Positions 50,934 through 51,076 of a stretch of DNA of 51,076 nucleotides are shown here, one piece after another; within the stretch, counting starts at the first letter, position 1; every line of letters starts with the position of its first letter. The stretch is from a virus. The translations under genes were made by a program, and so were the position numbers. The notes beneath the pieces were generated by a model. The model was given only the letters and a program-made list of their open reading frames with translations, was not told the DNA's origin and did no database searches. Where the stretch lies: IMG/VR virus record IMGVR_UViG_3300045988_037980; one strand, written 5' to 3'.

Positions 50934-50977
50934 TTTTGGGCGATTTTCCGGCATTGTGTGGTATTCTGCAATATCAT

Positions 50978-51076
50978 CATCTTGGGCTATGTCCTGCAAC
51001 CCGTTGAAAGTGTAATGGTTTTGGTATTGTATGGTATTCTATGATATTAGGATTATTAGTGCCTGTCTCTCCGCAA
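50978..51076. repeat. 99-bp direct terminal repeat, copy B
   Basis: Identical to 1..99. Confidence 0.97.

Larger units (their letters stand above)
1..50977. mobile_element. Complete temperate siphovirus-like phage genome (excised/circular or terminally redundant form, attP intact)
   Basis: Full set of lysis, tail, head, packaging, replication/recombination and lysogeny (repressor, integrase) modules. The ends overlap by 99 identical nt. Confidence 0.85.

Overview
The window is a complete temperate siphovirus-like phage genome from a Bacteroidota (Bacteroides-type) host. The first 99 nt (1..99) are identical to the last 99 nt (50978..51076), so the unique length is about 50,977 bp and the sequence closes into a circle (or is terminally redundant). 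The host assignment rests on repeated TAnnTTTG -7 promoter motifs, lipobox lipoproteins and a Bacteroides-style tyrosine integrase. On the minus strand the order is: lysis cassette (317..2187), a diversity-generating retroelement (DGR: RT 2980..4002, TR 4165..4280, VR1 4375..4490 in tail-fibre gene 4350..5816), tail genes (Tal, LamG-Dit, 1456-aa tape measure, chaperone, major tail), neck and head genes, then a plus-strand moron island (21723..25641: HigBA, secreted and membrane proteins, Bro-N/KilAC antirepressor with a structured leader). This is followed by a MuF head-morphogenesis protein with a C-terminal papain-like domain, portal, TerL, TerS, and a long early operon. The early operon carries ParB-like nuclease, RuvC-like resolvase, SSB, MazG-like, two DNA methyltransferases, DEDD exonuclease, Rha/ANT, helicase loader, replication organiser, TIGR02757-like protein, MBL hydrolase, RecT and an SMC-like ATPase. 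The plus-strand lysogeny module (XRE repressor, lipoprotein, CI-type HTH, integrase 49607..50884) abuts an attP-like region rich in GTACAC arm-type repeats. The most interesting signal is the DGR. Its single TR matches two VRs with exclusively adenine-type substitutions, one in the tail fibre and a second about 38 kb away in a small non-structural protein (42159..42779) inside the recombination module. No Avd-like accessory gene is visible. Other notable items are an 18-nt palindromic element placed 7-8 nt upstream of several start codons, a probable -1 frameshift in the tail chaperone, an ori-like iteron cluster inside the replication gene, and a face-to-face promoter switch. No tRNA, rRNA or CRISPR array was seen. 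All functional calls come from motif recognition by eye; no database search was run.
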